From the sequence record DRR378314_235: a stretch of DNA of 20,000 nucleotides. The stretch is one strand, 5' to 3'. Of the stretch, positions 17,537-20,000 are shown piece by piece. A program made the position numbers and the translations under genes. The stretch's first letter is position 1. Every line of letters starts with the position of its first letter. The notes under the pieces were generated by a model, which saw only the letters and a list, made by a program, of their open reading frames with translations, made no database searches and had not been told where the DNA came from.

Positions 17537-17944
17537 TTGACCCTGATCGCGTTCGACCACGGTACCCATAAGATCGGCGTCGCCAGCGGCAACGCCATCA
17601 CCGGCACCGCCACGCCGTTGCCCGCCCTGGCCTGCCGTGACGGCCAGCCGGACTGGGATCGGGTGACGGCCCTGATGGAGGAATGGCGCCCGGAGACGCT
17701 GGTGGTGGGGCTGCCGCTGAACATGGACGGCAGTGAAAGCGAATCCAGCCAGCGGGCGCGCAAATTCGCCCGCCGGCTGCACGGCCGCTTCGGCATTCGG
17801 GTATGGATGATCGACGAACGGCTCTCCACCCGGGAAGCCCGGGAGCGCACCGGCACCCGCCGCGCCGATCCCAAAGTGGATTCCATGGCGGCGGCGGTGA
17901 TCGCCGAGGGCTACCTGGGCGGCGCCACGCCGGTGGCGCCTTAG
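17537..17944 (+). CDS. yqgF: YqgF/RuvX pre-16S rRNA maturation nuclease (Holliday junction resolvase-like)
   Basis: AFDHGTHKIGVA, VVGLPLNMDG, IDERLST and VDSMAA RNase H-fold motifs; TTG start with GAGG 5 nt upstream; follows algH. Confidence 0.92.
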   Translation: MTLIAFDHGTHKIGVASGNAITGTATPLPALACRDGQPDWDRVTALMEEWRPETLVVGLPLNMDGSESESSQRARKFARRLHGRFGIRVWMIDERLSTREARERTGTRRADPKVDSMAAAVIAEGYLGGATPVAP

Positions 17945-17959
17945 CGAGTGGTCCACTCG
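17945..17959. terminator. Palindrome between convergent yqgF and yceI; possible bidirectional terminator or pause hairpin
   Basis: cgagtgg-t-ccactcg fills almost the whole 16-bp gap. Only a weak U-rich tail (gttatt) follows on the plus strand. Confidence 0.35.
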
Positions 17960-17960
17960 G

Positions 17961-18545
17961 TTATTGGCGCACGCCTTCCACGGAAATAATAATCTCCACG
18001 GTTTCGGAAGCCGGGCCCAGGTCCTTGGTGATGCCGAAGTCCGCCAGCTTCAGCGTGGTGCTGGCTTCCAGACCCATGCGGTAACCGCCCCAGGGATCGT
18101 CACCGTAGCCGATCATCTTCGCGTCCAGGGTCACCGGCTTGGTGACGCCGTGCAGGGTGAAGTCGCCGGTGATCTTGGCGGTGCGTTCGCCGGTTTGTTC
18201 GATGCGGGTGCTCTCGAAGGTGGCGGTGGGGTATTCGCTCACATCCAGAAAGTCGTCACTGCGCAGGTGCTTGTCGCGCTCGGCGTGGTTGCTGTCGATG
18301 CTGGCGGTCTGGATCTCCGCGCGCACCTTGCTGTTCTCCGGGTTCTCCTCGTCCACCGTGAAGCTGCCGGTGAATTCGTTGAAGTTGCCGTACAGCCAGC
18401 TGTAGCCCAGGTGGGAGATCTTGAACAGGATGAACTGGTGCTGCCCCTCGGTATCGAACTGGTAGGTGCCGCCGGGCTTGTCGGCGAAGGCCGGGGTGCT
18501 CAGCAGCACCGCCAGCAGCGGGATCAGAATTCGGTGTTTCAGCAT
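17961..18545 (-). CDS. yceI: YceI family periplasmic polyisoprenoid/lipid-binding protein, 194 aa
   Basis: Signal peptide [22 protein letters not shown]; motifs [53 protein letters not shown] and DPWGGYR. Start moved to ATG 18545 because of the AAAGGAG SD. Confidence 0.93.
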   Translation of the reverse strand: MLKHRILIPLLAVLLSTPAFADKPGGTYQFDTEGQHQFILFKISHLGYSWLYGNFNEFTGSFTVDEENPENSKVRAEIQTASIDSNHAERDKHLRSDDFLDVSEYPTATFESTRIEQTGERTAKITGDFTLHGVTKPVTLDAKMIGYGDDPWGGYRMGLEASTTLKLADFGITKDLGPASETVEIIISVEGVRQ

Positions 18546-18576
18546 GGTGTTCTCCTTTCCGGTCTTGGTCGCAGGG

Positions 18577-19122
18577 TTACGGGCGCAACATCCGTTTGAG
18601 TGTCGCATCCCGGTCGATAAAGTGATGTTTCAGCGCCGCTAGGCCGTGCAGCCCGGCCAGCACCACCAGCGCCCAGGTGCTCCAGTAGTGCACCAGGCCG
18701 GCGCTGTCTTCCAGGCCGTTTTGACGCCCGGTCAGCGACGGCACCTGGAACAGCCCGAACACGTCGATGCCGCTGCCGTCGGCGGTGCTGATCAGATAGC
18801 CGCTGACCATCGCCACCAACAGCAACCCCAGCAGCCCCCAGTGCGCCAGCCGCGCGCCGATTCGCTCCCAGCGGTGGTGGCCGGCGAGCGGCGCCGGCGG
18901 CGGTGACAGGGCGCGCCAGGCCAGGCGGATCAGCACCACCGCCAGCAGCGTCAGGCCGACACCGCGGTGCAGGTCCGGCGCGCTCTGGTACCAGGGGTCG
19001 TAATAGCTGAGCTCCACCATATACAGCCCCAGCCCGAACAGCGCGAACACCGCCAGCGCCACCAGCCAGTGCAGGCCGATCGCGACCCAGCCGTAGCGAG
19101 CCTTGTCATTGCGTAGTTTCAT
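18577..19122 (-). CDS. yceJ: Cytochrome b561 (YceJ/CybB-like), 181 aa
   Basis: [20 protein letters not shown] start; four hydrophobic helices with candidate haem-ligand His ([29 protein letters not shown]); directly upstream of yceI as in the yceJI arrangement. Confidence 0.88.
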   Translation of the reverse strand: MKLRNDKARYGWVAIGLHWLVALAVFALFGLGLYMVELSYYDPWYQSAPDLHRGVGLTLLAVVLIRLAWRALSPPPAPLAGHHRWERIGARLAHWGLLGLLLVAMVSGYLISTADGSGIDVFGLFQVPSLTGRQNGLEDSAGLVHYWSTWALVVLAGLHGLAALKHHFIDRDATLKRMLRP

Positions 19123-19197
19123 AACCGAAGAGTGGCCCAGTGAACGTGAACGGGCCAGCGTGTCGATTAGTGCTGTTAGATCGAAAAAACTGTAGTG

Positions 19198-19225
19198 TTG
19201 CCCACTCCGGGGCGCCTGATATTCT
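19198..19225 (+). promoter_or_regulatory. Putative sigma70 promoter for pyrR-pyrB
   Basis: TTGCCC (19198-19203), 16-bp spacer, extended -10 TGaTATTCT (19217-19225), about 30 nt upstream of the likely TTG start. Confidence 0.5.
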
Positions 19226-19254
19226 GTCGCTCTGAACCGCTGGGGAGAACCGCG

Positions 19255-19764
19255 TTGCGCTGGAACCAAGCACAAATAGACAGCCTGCTGGACGGCATGG
19301 CCGAGGCGCTGGCCCTGGACAGCGGCGAGCCCCCGCCGTCACTGGTGGGCATTCAGTCCGGCGGCGCCTGGGTGGCGGAAGCCCTCAACCAGCGGCTGCC
19401 CACGCCCCTGCCGCTGGGGCGTCTGGACGTGAGCTTCTACCGGGACGACTTCGACACCCGCGGCCTGAAGCGTTCGGTGAAGCCTTCCGACCTGCCGTTC
19501 GACGTGGACGGCGCCAATCTGGTCCTGGTCGATGACGTGCTGATGACCGGCCGCACCATCCGCGCTGCCATGAATGAACTGTTCGATTTCGGCCGCCCGG
19601 CGTCCATCCGTCTGGCGGTGCTGTTCGATATCGGCCACCGGCAATTGCCGATCCGCGCCGATATTTGCGGGGAAACTTTGGCATTGCCGCCCCATCAACG
19701 GGTAGAATTGGCCGGGCCCGCGCCTTTGACTGCGGAGATCAGAGACATAAGGCCCGAAGAATGA
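19255..19764 (+). CDS. pyrR: PyrR bifunctional pyrimidine regulator / uracil phosphoribosyltransferase, about 169 aa
   Basis: [13 protein letters not shown]-binding loop [16 protein letters not shown], and [10 protein letters not shown]. Start placed at TTG 19255 because GGGGAG lies 7 nt upstream. Confidence 0.92.
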   Translation: MRWNQAQIDSLLDGMAEALALDSGEPPPSLVGIQSGGAWVAEALNQRLPTPLPLGRLDVSFYRDDFDTRGLKRSVKPSDLPFDVDGANLVLVDDVLMTGRTIRAAMNELFDFGRPASIRLAVLFDIGHRQLPIRADICGETLALPPHQRVELAGPAPLTAEIRDIRPEE

Positions 19765-20000
19765 CGCTTGCGCCGCCGCCCTCCTCCCGCGTGCAGCTCA
19801 CCGAAGACGGAAAGCTGCGACACTTTCTTTCCGTTGAACACCTGCCCCGTTCCCTGCTTGAAGACATTCTTGATACCGCCGCCAGCTTCGTCGACGTGGG
19901 CGGACGCGCGATCAAGAAAGTGCCGCTGCTGCGCGGCAAGACGGTGGTCAACCTGTTCTTCGAATCCAGCACCCGCACCCGCAGCACCTTCGAGCTGGCC
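19761..20000 (+). CDS. pyrB: Aspartate carbamoyltransferase catalytic subunit (5' part; runs off the window)
   Basis: Not in the ORF track; translated by hand: [28 protein letters not shown]...[30 protein letters not shown], containing the carbamoyl-phosphate-binding STRT motif. ATGA overlap with the pyrR stop. Confidence 0.95.
   Translation, partial: MTLAPPPSSRVQLTEDGKLRHFLSVEHLPRSLLEDILDTAASFVDVGGRAIKKVPLLRGKTVVNLFFESSTRTRSTFELA

Noticed and set aside
15967..17886. 639-aa minus-strand ORF spanning tonB-algH-yqgF
   Set aside because: Antisense to three conserved genes; tonB and algH share a frame, which explains the length; no domain signature.
18546..19275. Longer N-termini in the ORF track for yceI (18608), yceJ (19275) and pyrR (19195)
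   Set aside because: The extensions overlap neighbouring genes or promoters. The downstream starts have better SD, signal-peptide or family-N-terminus support.

Overview
High-GC gammaproteobacterial core-genome region; gene content and style suggest an Alcanivorax/Pseudomonadales-like organism, which is an inference. The minus strand carries a complete type IV pilus chemosensory (Pil-Chp) cluster, pilG-pilH-pilI-pilJ-pilK-chpA-chpB-chpC. It runs on without a break into a NAPE-PLD/RomA-like metallo-beta-lactamase-fold hydrolase, an LpxL/HtrB-family acyltransferase and a SlyD-like PPIase that is cut off by the window edge. Divergently, the plus strand carries gshB-tonB-algH(yqgE)-yqgF(ruvX), followed by an oppositely oriented yceJ-yceI pair and then pyrR-pyrB (truncated). 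I see no mobile element, CRISPR array or stable RNA gene, and no unambiguous new system. The best candidates for something undescribed are: (i) the lipid-modifying enzyme tail coupled to the Pil-Chp operon; (ii) two mutually exclusive GNRA-capped hairpins at the pilJ/pilK junction; (iii) a likely leaderless algH promoter; (iv) a His->Glu pseudo-HPt domain and a 12-bp tandem repeat in ChpA; (v) the yceJI pair splitting the usual yqgF-pyrR linkage.
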